Origin: Cyanophora paradoxa CCMP329
Taxonomy: Eukaryota > Plantae > Glaucophyta
Assembly: GCA_004431415.1 (NCBI GenBank)
Contig: QPMI01000023.1
Span: forward strand, 160,376 to 224,375
Direction of reading: 5' to 3'
Length of the DNA: 64,000 nucleotides
The notes under the pieces: model-generated
Told to the model about the DNA's origin: nothing
What the model saw: only the letters and a program-made list of their open reading frames with translations
Databases searched by the model: none
Translations under genes and position numbers: made by a program
Part shown: positions 1 through 12,214 of the stretch, in pieces
Layout: the number at the start of each line of letters is the position of its first letter
Position numbering within the stretch: position 1 is the stretch's first letter

Positions 1-3000
1 CATGCCACTTCCGCCAGGGGCCTTCTGGGGCCAGCAGCCGCGTCCGCGGGCGCGGGAGGGAGCGCGGGCGGGCGGTCGACGGCGGCCGGCGCGGCAGAGC
101 CGCCCGTGAGCGGGGTCATTTTGGTCGCTGACATCTCGGGCTTCTCCTGTGAGGCCGCCCGTCCCCGCGGCGCCCGGCCTCGCCCGCGGCTGAGGCGGCC
201 CCGCGCAGCGCTTTGCGAGAAGGCGGGGCGCGACGAGACCCTCCAGGAAGGTGCGAACGAAGGCTCCAGCCCCGCCCTGCGCTGCCCGCCGCCGCGCCCC
301 GCGCCGCCCGCGCGGCCGCTGACCCCAGCGCGCCCGCAGAGCTCTGCCGTGTCATAAACGGGTACATCTGCGCGTGCGCCCGTCGAGAGGGGTACGGCGC
401 TCACGCGCGCCCCGCAGCGCGTTCTCCAAGGAGGTAGAGCTGGCCGAGCGCTACGGGGGGAAGTCCTCTGCTTTCTCGGCGACGGTACCCCCGGCGCCTT
501 GCTCCCCCCTCCCCTCACCCCACCGTCCCCGCAGGTTTGCTGGTGTTCTGGCCGCTGCCCGGGAGGCCGAATCAGCGGGTCGGGCCGGGGCGCCCCGCCG
601 GCCGGGGGATGGGCCTGGCGGGACTGGCGTCGGGGCTGGCGCCGGGCGCTGCGCCGCCCGCCGCGGGGCCACAGCTGCCTTCGGCGGCCGCGAGCGCCGC
701 GATGGCGCTGCGCGCCGCTAAGGCCGTTGCCTGCGGCCTCGCCATCCAGGAGGAGTTCTCGTCCGTCTGCGTCGGTACCCCCCTCCCGCCCGTCGCCCCG
801 GAGGGGGGAATGATCCCCGGGGGGTAGGGATGGGCAAGGACATGGGCCTGCGGGTGGCCGTCGCCGCGGGGGACTTCACCGAGTACCACTGCGGCCTCGG
901 GTACCCCCCTCCTTCCCTCCCCCTCCCCGGTTCGACGCGGGCGCGCAGGGCGTGGTCGGGAGGGGGGGGGGAGCCCGCCCTCGTCGACGCCCGGGGGCAC
1001 CTCGTGCCGGGGTACGATGATATGATCCTCTCCTTCCCCCCCCCCCCCCCCCCTTCCTGACGCCTCCCTGCCTCGCGAAGACGCATGCAGCACTTCATAG
1101 CTGGCCCCGCCATTGAGGAGGCTGGGGCCGCCCTCGCTGGTGCCTCGTACCCCCCCCCGCGCTGCCCGCGCACCGACCCGCCCCGCCCCGCTCAAGAGTG
1201 TTTCGGCGCAGCGGTCAAGGCGGGGGAGGTCGCGGTGTGCCGCTCGGCGCAGCGGTACCTGCCGGCGGCCATCGTCGCCGCCTCGGCCGCCCTCACCGGC
1301 GGCGGCGCCGGCGGAGGTCGCCTCTCCTCCCGCTCCGGTCGCTCCGGCTCCAGGCGAGCGAACGAGCGAGCGAGCGAACGTTCCTCTCACCCCCCCCTCA
1401 CTTCGTTCGCAGGCGCGGCTCGTTCTCCGGCTCGCGGGGCCAGGGGGGGGACGCGTACGACTCGGGGGCGGAGTCCTCTCCGGAGCGCGGCCCCTTCTCG
1501 CCCCCCGGCAGCCGCGGGCGCCTCTCGGGCATCTTCGCGTCCCCCTCCGCCGCCGAGTCCCACTTCGTCGCGTACCCCGCCACCCGCGACGCCCTCGAGG
1601 AGTTCGTCGCCGGATTCGAACCCCGTCGCCCCGCCGGTGCGAATCGCTGTGCCCCGCCCCCTCCTCTTCCACACCCCCCCCCCCCCCCCCCCCCCTCCCC
1701 GCCCGTGCGCCCCCCTCTGAGCCCGCCCCGCAGAAGTGGCCCCGCTGGAGCTCGAACCCGAGGAGGAGGACGAGATCGCCCTCTACGTGTCCGTCACCCC
1801 TCTCCCCGCCCGAAGCAGTACCCCTAGCTTCGAACGCTGTACCCCCGCAGGCCCTACACGGTACGGGCGCGCTTCGAGAGCATGCGGGCCTGGGCCGCGT
1901 CGGGCTCGAACGAAGCATTCGACCCCGTGCGCGCGTACCCCCTCCTCCCCCTCCCCTTCATTTCCCGTACCCCTTCGACGCGTATCCCCAGACGCGTTTC
2001 CTCTCCGAGTTCCGGCTCTGCTCTGTGCTGGTGCGCGCGGATCGCCGTACCCCCTCCCGCCTCTACGCTGACCCCACGAAGTTCTTGAAGCTGTGCGGAC
2101 TCGACCCCTCGCACGAATCCGTCCAGCGCGCGGTACGCCGCCCTTCCAAATCGCCGTGTCCGCCAGCAATCCATTCCCGACATTCCCGGCATTTCCGCGC
2201 CGCAGGTGCGCTCCCTTCAAGCCGTCCTCTACTCCCACGAGGGCTCCCTCCGCCAGGTCGTCCTCGACGACAAGGTACCCCCCCGGCTCTTCCCCCCCGC
2301 GCTCCCGGTCCTGAGCCCCCCCCCCCCCCCGCCCTCCCAGGGTATGGTGTTCATCGGGGTCTTCGGGCTCTGGCCCTTCGGTCCGCGTCGCCCGCCCTCG
2401 GCTCTGTTCCCCCCACTTCCACTCACCGACCTCTTTCCCCGCCTCTGCAGCGCACGAGAACGACGCGCTTCGCGCGGTGGGCTGCGGTGCGTCCCTCGTT
2501 CGTGAGCGCTGCTGCGCCGAGGGCCGTCCTGAGAGGCGCGCACGCGCGCTTCGCCGCAGCGGTCGACATGCAAGAGAGCATGCGCGCGATGGGCGTCGAC
2601 ACCGTCCGCCGATTTCCATCCTTGTGCGCCCCTCTTCCCGCCCTCTGAAGCTCCTCCGGCCTGCCCCCAGAGCGTCGGGATCACGAGCGGCCTCGTCTTT
2701 TGCACTTTCGGTGCGCCTCTCTCCGCGCGAAGCTTCTCAGGACTCGGGGCGAAGCTTCGCTCGCAGTGGGGAGCCCGACGCGATGCGAGTTCAGCGTGTT
2801 CGGGCAGACCGTCAACAGGGCCGGTGCGCTCCGTTCGCTCGCTCGCGCGCGCGCCCCTTGCTCGCGCCGGCCCGAGGGCCTCTTACCCCCCTTCCCCCCT
2901 CCCCCCCCCTTCGTTCGCTCGCAGCGCGCTTGATGTCGAAGAGCGAGAACGACGTCTACGTGGACGCCAAGGTGGGACAGACAAGCCCCCCGGGCCCGAC

Positions 3001-6000
3001 GCGCGCGCTGGACTGATCTCGCGCCACGCAGACGCACGAGGCGTGCCGCTCGAAGGTGAGGATGGCCCACGTCGGCGACTTCAACCTCAAGGGCGTCGAG
3101 GGCAAGGTCCGCAGCCTGGAGCCTAGCCTGGACCCTATCCTGGACCGTGGGGAGCCGGGCCAGGGCCCGGCCCGGCCTGCGCCCTTCGCCCCTTCTCCTC
3201 GGCTCAGGGGGGCGTCCTCCCAGGTGCCTGTGTACCGCCCGGAGCGGAGGGGCGGCGCCATCCGCACGACAAGCTTCCGCCACAGCAACAAGAGCTTCAG
3301 CAGGAAGGCCCGCCGCCTTCCTTTCCTACGCTTGCGCCCATCTCTTCTTGATCCGTGCCGAGCAGCGGGCGCTGGCGAGCGTGACGGCGCGCTCGGCGGA
3401 GGAGGCGCGCGTGGACGCCGTCGTGCGGGCCGCCAGCGCCGGCGGCCTTTTAGCGGCGCCGGCGGCGCCGGCGGCGGCGCCGGAGCCCTCGCCGGGGGGC
3501 GCGTCGGCCTCGCGGGCGGCGTGGGAGCCGCCGCCCCCCTCCATCCTCCTCTTCGAAGGGCCCAGCGGCTCAGGTGAGCCCGCCGACCCGCCCGCCCCGC
3601 CGTCCTGCCCCAGTCTAAGGCGGCCGCCCGGGCGATCCTCGGCCCCTGACGCCCCGCCAGGCAAGTCCGTCCTCGCGGCGCACGCCGCGCGCGTCGCCGC
3701 GCAGCTCGACATGGTCGTCGTCCACTCCGGTACCCCCCTTCCCTTCCCTCTGAGAAGAAGAAGACGCGCGCCGCCTCCGGCTGAGCTGGCTCGCTCGTTC
3801 GGCTCGTTCGGCTCGTTTTCGGCGCAGCGGCGCGGGAGAACCGCGAGACGAGCGCCCTGTTCGTCTGGCGCGCCATCGTCCGCGCCCTCTTCCCCCTCGC
3901 CTCCCTCGACGTGCTTTCCTTGAAATGTTGAAATGTTCGAATCTTTTCCGCCCCCTTGACTGCCCTGCTCTGCCCGCGCCGCCAGATGGGCCCCCTGCTC
4001 GACGTGGAGACGGACGTCGAGCTGCTCGCCCACCTGATCAAGGCGCTGCACGCCCCCGAGCGTGAGCCTCAGGTGAGCCTCATACCAAGTTTCTCTTCTC
4101 CTTACCCACCTGCTCTTCTTCTCGCTAGCATCGTTCGCCGTCCCCGCGCCCCGCCCCTCTGACACGCGCGAGCAGTACAATGCGCAGCAGCAGCAGCAGG
4201 CGTCGGGGGGCCGCCGGCGCAAGGCGAGCGCCTCGGGGCCGGACGGGGTGGGAGGAGGCAAGGGCCGCCGCGGGAGCGCCGGCGTGATGTGCGCACCGCC
4301 ATCGCCCGCGCGCGCTGGGGCCGGCGGCACGGCGGCGCCTGACGCGGCGGGGCAGGTGGGTGCAGCCGGACGCGTTCACCGTCGCCGCTCCGGCGGCGGG
4401 GCCGGGGCCGGGGCCGGGCCCGGGCCCCCCGAGCAAGGGGTCGACGCCACCCACTTCGATGCCCGATATGGTCCCGTGCGCCTGCGATCCCAGGGCCCCT
4501 CGCCCCCTCTCTACTCTTAAGTCGTATTCACCTCCCGCGGCAGGCCGCAGGAGGCGGGTACGGTGTTCGTCCTCGCCCGCCGCGGGTCAGCCGCCGATCG
4601 CGAGCACCGTCTCACCAGCGCCAGTCCCGAGGTCGCGTACCTCGTTTCGTTCGTGTACCCGTCGGTCCATTGACGGCGATGCGCAGCCCAACCCGTTCAC
4701 CGGCGGCCCCTCGCGCCCCCGCACCGCGGCCCGCGATCCCCGCTCCCGCAGCACCGCCAGCTCCCCGGTACCCCCCGACGCCTTCCTCGCCCAGCCTTCC
4801 CTCCCCGGAGCGCCGGACGAGCCGGCGGCGTCGGCGGCGGCGGGCGCGCCGCGCATGTCGAAACTGATGGCGCTGCCGATGGTCCACCACGAGGCCGGCC
4901 CGGGCCGGCGGCACAGCGTACACGACCGGGCGGCCGAGGCCGCAGGCGGCGGCGGCGGCGGCGGCGACGGCGGCGGCGGCGGTGGCTTGACCGACTCGCT
5001 GATGCCAGAGGGCGATGGCTACGTCGCGGGCGCCGAGGCGGCCCCTTCGGACGGCGCCCCGCCGCCCCAGTCCGACACGTCGCTGAAGGGGCGGCGGGCG
5101 CCCAAGCTCGGGGACGCCGGCGAGCGCTCCAGCTCGAAGCTGCTCAGCTTCAGTTGGCGCCAGGGCGGCGGCGGCGCCGCCGCCACGGCCGCCGCGACCC
5201 CGAAGGGCGGCGCCGCCACCCCGCACAGCGCCGGCGGCAGGCTCCGCCGGCAGCAATCGTTCGAGGAGGAATTCGAGGAGGGGGCGGCGCCGGCGGCGAT
5301 CTTCGCGCAGCCGACGGCGCCCGACGAGTCCGTCGAGTGGATCGCGTGCGGCGTGCGCGCCCTCGTCGCCAAGCTCGTCGTCCGGCGCGCCGCCGCCGGC
5401 CGCCCCATCCTCGTCGTCCTGGAAGGCACATGCAGCGACTGGGTCTGACTCTGTCTCTCGGGTCTGACTCTGTGTGTGTGCGCCCGCGCAGACCTGCACC
5501 ACGCCGACTCGCAGAGCTGGGCGGTCCTCGGCGAGCTCATACAGGCCCTGGCCGAGGCGCCCGCCGGCGCCGCGCGCGTCGCCCTCGTGGGGACCCTCCG
5601 CACCCCGGCCGAGCACTCGCCGGCCGCCCGCGCCGCCGCGCGCCTCCAGGCCGAGCACCGCGGCCGCGCCGAGCTCATCAAGCTTGGTGCCTTCCTCCTA
5701 GCAATCCCGACGCGATACACAAACAATGAAACGGTCTTATAAGACGCTATGTGATTCTAACATTGAAATCGGGGCAGGCCCGCTGACGGACGGGGACGTG
5801 GAGGCGCTGGTCTGCTCGACGGTCGGCGCCGCCCGCGTGCCCCGCGCCCTCCGCGACTTCGTCAAGGCCCAGGTGCCCGGCGCCCGCACCCCTGCCTTTT
5901 AGAAGGACTCCCGCGCACTGTTACAGAGGCCTTCTTTTGTAAGGGATCCAGCGCACTGTTAAAAAGGCCCCAGAGCGCTGCGCAGCGGCCTTGGGCCTCG

Positions 6001-9000
6001 CCGCGAAGCCCTCGGAGCGAAGCGAGCGAGCGCGCTCTGACGGCGGCGCCTCTCGCGCAGACGGACGGGCTGGCGGTGCTCGTGGTGGACCTCGCCCGCT
6101 CCCTCCTCCAGGAGGGCGCCCTCGCCGTGCGCCCCGCCGCCCCGCCCGCCCCCTCCCTCCGCCGCCTTCTCTCCCCGCGCCCTAGAGATTCCCCCGACAC
6201 CGCCCCCGAATTATAGCTACGACTCGATGCGAGATTTATCGCTTATATCGTTTATCTATCGCTCTTTGGGCGCCTCCTTTCACCGCTCTCTTGAGCGCGC
6301 GCCGACCCGGCCCGCCCCGCCCCGCCCCGCAGGTGGACACCGCGGGGGACGCCATCGTCAAGGGGCCCCTGCGCCGCCTCAAGCCCACCGTCCGCCCTTC
6401 CCGCCCGCCCGCCCTTCCCTCCCTCCCTCCCTTTCCTGAGCCTACGGGGCGGCAGGACGGGGCGCGCGCAGCTGTGATGGAGAAGCTGGACCGCCTGACC
6501 GCCGTCCAGTCCACCACCCTTAAGCTCGCCGGTCAGTCGGTCGGCGCCGTTGGCCGCAGGCCAACGGTACCGCACCGCCGGCTGACTACGCCTTCGCGCG
6601 CCCGGCAGCGGTGATCGGCGTGCGCTTCTCCGTGGCTGAGCTACTCGCCATCCACCCGGGCAGTGCGCGTGGCCCGCCCGCGCCCCCCTCCTCTCCGCTC
6701 AGCTCCGCGCCGCCCGCGCTGCAGGCCGCTCGATCGGGGGCGGCGGCTCGAGCGCGCTGGTCTCGCCGCAGTCACCCGAGGCAGAGCCGACCGTCGAACA
6801 GGTGCGCGCCCCCTCGCGCTCTTCTCTGCGGAGCAGCCCCTTCCACCCTTCTATAGACAGCTCAACGGCGGCGGTCCCCGCGTACTCCTAGCGCCAACCT
6901 TTGCTGTCCTTATCTCCTGCACGGCTGACCCGTCCCAATCGTTCAGGTGCGGGCGGCGGTGGCGGCGGCCTCGCGGGACGCGAGCCTGGGGGCCGCCATC
7001 GACCGCGAGCTCGCCGCCCTCGTCAAGCTCGGCATCCTGGTCCGTCCGCGCCGAAGACATGGCATATAAGCCAGCTAGATACAGATGGATACAGAAGATA
7101 TATAACACACAAGTTAGTTATAAAGCGGGCTCGCCGAGGGCGGCATCTATCTATCTTCTATTCTATCTATCCGCCCCCGCCCCGCCCCCGCCTCCTACAG
7201 AAGATAGATAGAATACAGCCGGGGCGGGCCGGTCTGACGGGGGCGGGGGCGCAGGGGGAGGCGGATGCGGGGGAGGAGGAGGGCGGGGGCCTGGTGGAGG
7301 CCGCGGACGCCCTCTCCGCCGCCTCGGGCGCCCCCCGCGAGTACGAGTTCCTCCAGCCCCTCACCCAGGTCCGCCGCTCCGCTCCGCCCCGCCCCGCTCC
7401 GCTCTTAGCGGAGGAAGGTTCTTTGTAATTTATAACGCTATCAGTCTAGCTTTCGGTTCTATACCAGGTTTAGCTGTTGCATTTGGTTTCGGGATCCCAC
7501 TTACTCCTGGGGCGCAGGAGGTGGTGTACAGCCTGCTGCCCGTGACGGAGCGGCGGGCGCTGCACCTCAAGCTCGCCCTGTTCCACGAGTCCCGCCTCCG
7601 CCCCAGCCCCTCCACCCTCTCCCCGGGGACCCTCTCCCCGGCCTCCTCCACCCTCTCCCCCTCCCCGTGCGCCCCGCCCCCCCCACTCAAAGCCTCCAGA
7701 GCGACCCTCCTGAGCGCCCGCTCGCTCCTCAGGATCCTTGCGGGGGCGCCCCTGGACGAGCGCGACGGGCCCGGCGGGGTGGACGACGACCTGGCGGCGA
7801 CCCTCGCCCACCACTTCGTCCTCGCAAACGTGCGGCCTCAGCTGAGGGCGCGGGGCTGGGCTTAGCGAGCTTAAGCTTGAGCGAAGATAGAAGAAGCTTA
7901 GGCTTAAGCTTCGTCGCGAGGCTCAGCAAGCTTAGCAAGGCCTGGCTTGAGCTTACGCTTCGTCGCCGTCGCCGTCGGCGTCGCCGCTGCCGCCGCCGCC
8001 GCCGCCGCTCCGGCGCTGAGCTGAGCTGAGCTGAACGGGCGGGCGGGCGCGCAGGAGCCCGGGCGGGCGTGCCGCTACCTCGAGCGGTGCGCGGAGGCCG
8101 CGTACGCCTCCTTCGCCAACTTCGAGGTGAACGTTCCTCCCCCCCCCCCCTCTTTCTATCTTGGCCTGCGCTGATTCCTTGTTCCCGCTTGTTCTGCGCT
8201 CCTTGCTTCTTGCCAGGCGATGCGCCTGTACGAGGACCTCCTCCAAGTGAGCGCCGCGGCGCCCCCGCGCCCCGCCACGCGCCTCCGCTGGATGCGCCAG
8301 CTCGCCACCGTCTACGCACGCCTCGAGTGCGCCCCCCCCCCTCTTCAGCTGTACCCCTTCAACTTCTAACGCCGTACCCAGCATGTTCAAGGAGAGCATA
8401 GCGATCAGCCTGGCGGCGCTGGAGGCGGCGGGGCGGCCGGCGCCCCGCTCCCCGCTGGCCCAGCGCCTCAGCGCGTACTGGGGCACGGCGAAGGTCCTCC
8501 TGAAGGGGGCGCCCCGCCCCGATCGGTACCTGCGGGGCGCCCGCCGGGAGCCCGAGGGCGGCGGCGAGGCGGCCGAGATGGTGCGCCTCCCCGCTCCTCC
8601 CCATCCGAGCACTGGCTCCTAGACGGACGCCAGCCACTCGTCCTCGTCCGAGTCGGATCCGCGTACCCCCAACTCAACTCCTCTGACCCCTCCGCCCCGC
8701 CCCGGCCCCGCCCCGCAGAGCCAGGAGCTCTCGCGCCTGTACAGCGTCCTCCTCTTCACCACCTACGGCGCCGGTGCGCCCCGCCCCTCCGCTTTCCTTC
8801 GCTCCGCTTCGCTCTGCTCTCCTCTCTCGCCCTCTTCTTCACCGTCTGAGCGGGGCGCCGCACTGCAGAGCACGGCGTCGTCCTCTCGTCGTACTGCATC
8901 TCGACGGTGCGCGAAGACGCAGCTCTCGAGATCCCTAGTTTAAAAAGATGTGCTCGGATAGGTCCGGCCAGGCAGGACCGTCTCTAGATCCCTCCCCACG

Positions 9001-10737
9001 CGCCGCTGTTTCCAGCGGCTCGGCCGGACCGTCTCTAGATTCCTAGTTCTTCTTCTTCTAGGTCTAGCTCGCGGCAGGCTCGCGAGAAGCTGGCTCGCGC
9101 GAAGCCGCCGCTGACGCCCGCGCGCGCGCAGCTGGCGGCGAGGGCGGTGGCGCAGGACCCCCCCACGCTGAGCGGGCACACCGCCATCGGCCTCGCGCGC
9201 GCCGCCCAGGTGCCCGCCCGCTCAGATCTGATCTGATCTGATCTGATCTGACCGCTCGGGCAGCTGTGCGGGTTCGCGGGGCACCGGAAGCGCGCGGTGC
9301 AGTGGGCGTCCCTCGCGTGGTCCATGGCCCTCGAGATCGCCTCCCCCGAGGTCCGCTCAGATCAGATCAGATCAGATCAGATCTGATCTGATCCGATTCG
9401 CTACCCCGTGCGCATCCCCCAGGTGTGGCACGACATGACGAACCCCCTCGCCCAGACCCTCCTCGCCGCCTGCGGTCAGATCAATCAAATCATACCCGAT
9501 CCGATCCGATCCGATCCGACGTCTGATCTGATCTGATCCGATCCGAGCAGCCTTCGAGTCGGCGAGCTCGGCGCTGCAGTTCCTCGCGGAGGAGGCCGAG
9601 CGCGCCCGCAACCTGAACCACAGTGCGCCCCAGAACGACTATAGAGATCTAGAAACCCATCAAATCATATAATAGTAGTAACGCCGCGAACGACTAGAAG
9701 CTAGAGCACGAAAGAAACCCGTCTGACCAGTCGGCCGAACGGCCGGACGAGCGGCAGGCGCGCTGGTGTGCACCTGGCGCGGCGTGCTCGCCCTCCGCGC
9801 CTCGGCGCGCCTCGCGCACCCGGCCGGCGGCGTCGCCGGCCTCGCCTCCGAGCTCCGCTGCGCCCTCAGCGCCGTCAAGCGCAACCCCGACATCCTCGAG
9901 AGCTTCTACACCGTGCGCGTACCCCCCCTTCTGCCTCCTCCCCCCCGCCCGTCTCATCTCGAGGGCCCCGCACGCAGACGGTCGCGACGGCGGTGCTGGC
10001 GCAGTGCAGCCTCCTCATGGTCCTCATACCCCCCCCCCTCCCCCCCCCATCCTCCTCACCTGAGCGCAGGACGAGGCGGGGTTCGGGCTCTCGGTGCTGG
10101 AGGCGCACCTGGCGGGGCTCGTCTCGGGCGTCCGCGTCTCCCTCCCCTTCCGCGCCTCCCTCCAGGGCATCCTCGCCGCCGTGCGCCCTTAACTAAATCA
10201 ACTAAAGAACCCTTAACTAAGTTAACTAAAGAACTCTTAACCTCGCCGCCGTGCGCCCGCCCGCCCCCTCGAGAGAAGAGCCGCCGCGGCAGCAGAACTA
10301 GAGATCTAGCTGCCCTCTAGCTAAGGGCCGTGCGCCCGCCCCCCTCGCGACCGAAGGAGGACAAGAGGAAGGCCTCTTAACCGAGGCCTCTGCTTTCTGT
10401 CTAAGTAAGGGCCGGCGCGCCGCCCGCGGACCTCTTTGAAGGCGTCTGTCGAACGCATCGCGTCCGAACAACTGACGGTGCCGGCGCAGGCGCTGTTCCG
10501 GTGCGCGGGGCCGGAGGGCCGCGGGGCGGACGGCCGGACGGCGGCGCGCGTCGCCTGCGACGCGGTGGACCTCTCCAGGGTGCGCCCTTCGGACAGAGGC
10601 TCGTTTCTAGAAGCTCGTGAGATTCCGTCTGCCGGGGATACCTTGGGAGCCCGCACCTCCCCGGGGCCTCGATTCTAAGATGCATTTAAACCCTTTCGAG
10701 GGCCTTCCGAGGCCCTGTTGAGCTTCAGCCCCCCCCG

Positions 10738-10769
<32 letters not shown>

Positions 10770-11473
10770 CCCCTGACGGAGCGCCGCCGGCGGGGGCAGG
10801 GATGGGGTGGAGCTGGTGAGCCGGCTGGGCGTCTACGCCGACTTCTTCTTCGAGGCGACCGCCGTCCTCTACTACGCCCTCCTCCACACGTGCGCCCCCG
10901 CCCCCCGCCCCGCCCCCACGTTACGCCACGCTTCTTCTCTTACTGACGGGCGCGCAGCGGGCGGTGCCGGCCCTCGCCGGGCCGGCGCAGGCCCTCCTCC
11001 CGCACCTCTCGGCGGACCGGAGCGGGGGCCCGCGACGGAGCGGACGGACCCCACCGGCACCGCCTCGCAGCCGCCGCGGAGCCACTCGAACACGCTGGGG
11101 CCGCCGCCGCCGCGCCGCCGGGGCCGGGCGAGCTGCTTGCGGCCATCGAGGGCGCCGACGCCTACATGAAGCGCGCCGGGAAGGCCCGCCTCGTGCGCTC
11201 CCTCGCGCGCACCGCGGCGGGGATCGCGCGGGCGGCGCGCGGCGACCTCCGCGGGGCCCGCGCGCGCTTCGGGAGGCGGCGCGGGCGGCGCGGGAGGGCG
11301 GGCAGCTGTGTGACGAGGGCCTCGCCCTTCTCCTGCAGGCGGCGCACGCGCCGGCCGTGCCCGACCGCGCCCGCCTCGCCGCCGCCGCCGCCACCCTCTT
11401 CGCCGCCGCCGGCGACGCCTTCCACGCGCGCGTCGCGCGGGCTGTGGCCGCGGCGGCGGTGGCGCCGCCTTGA
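1..11473 (+). CDS. Soluble adenylyl/guanylyl cyclase, ADCY10/sAC-like (two class III cyclase domains + P-loop STAND ATPase + TPR-like helical C-terminus); multi-exon, 5' end uncertain
   Basis: Spliced exon peptides: VILVADISGFS, ELAERYGG, LRVAVAAGDF, RQVVLDDK, CEFSVFGQTVNRAARLM, FNLKGVEGKV; Walker A LFEGPSGSGKS; VVLEDLHHADSQSW; LDRLTAVQSTTLKLAAVIG; YEFLQPLTQEVVYSLL; LAHHF; stop TGA at 11471-11473. Confidence 0.85.
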
Positions 11474-12214
11474 GTCGTTCGCTACGGCTCTGATGGCCGC
11501 GGCCCCGCGCGCCGGGCGGTGCTCTGCAGTACACGAAATTTAAGAAATTAATTTAGTGAATTCATCTCTGTGTCTGGGAGCGGCCAGCTGCAGGCGCCGG
11601 CGGCTCCCAAGTTTAACGGATGTGATGCTTTCAGAGTCTTTCTTCGCCCTTTCAATCTTTCAACCTCCGCCTTCGGGCTGATGTTCTGTATTTTCTCGTA
11701 CAGCTTTCGACAGCATAGAGTAGCAAGCAGATTCGCCAGCGCAGTGCGTGTAATTGGTTTCCTATCTCGCCTGAATATTTCACTTTTCACATTGGATCGA
11801 ATTCGAAGCTAGAGGCGCCGGCCGGCTCCAAGCTAACCCCCGCGCGCCGTTGACCGCGCGCTCGTGGGCTCGTGCAGGCCTAGGAACGTTAACGGAGCCG
11901 CGACCTAGGCCTGTGCGCATGCACCGGAGCCGCATGCAGCTCAGGAATGTGAGCTCTAGATGCACTGCAGGCGGCCATGGCCACGGCCTCCCGAGCTCGA
12001 GCTCTGCGAATATCGAGTTTTAATTTAATTCGATCGCGAAAGAAAAGCTGCGGCTGCGACTGCTGGTCATGCATGTGCAGGCATGCAGAGAGCTTTAAGC
12101 TTGAGAGTCATGTCGCGACAGAGAAGATGCTCTAAACCGAGTTATCGCAACATTTGAACGTTGACGCTACGTATACCGCGGCCGTAGTACACTATTGAGA
12201 TTATCATACTTGTA

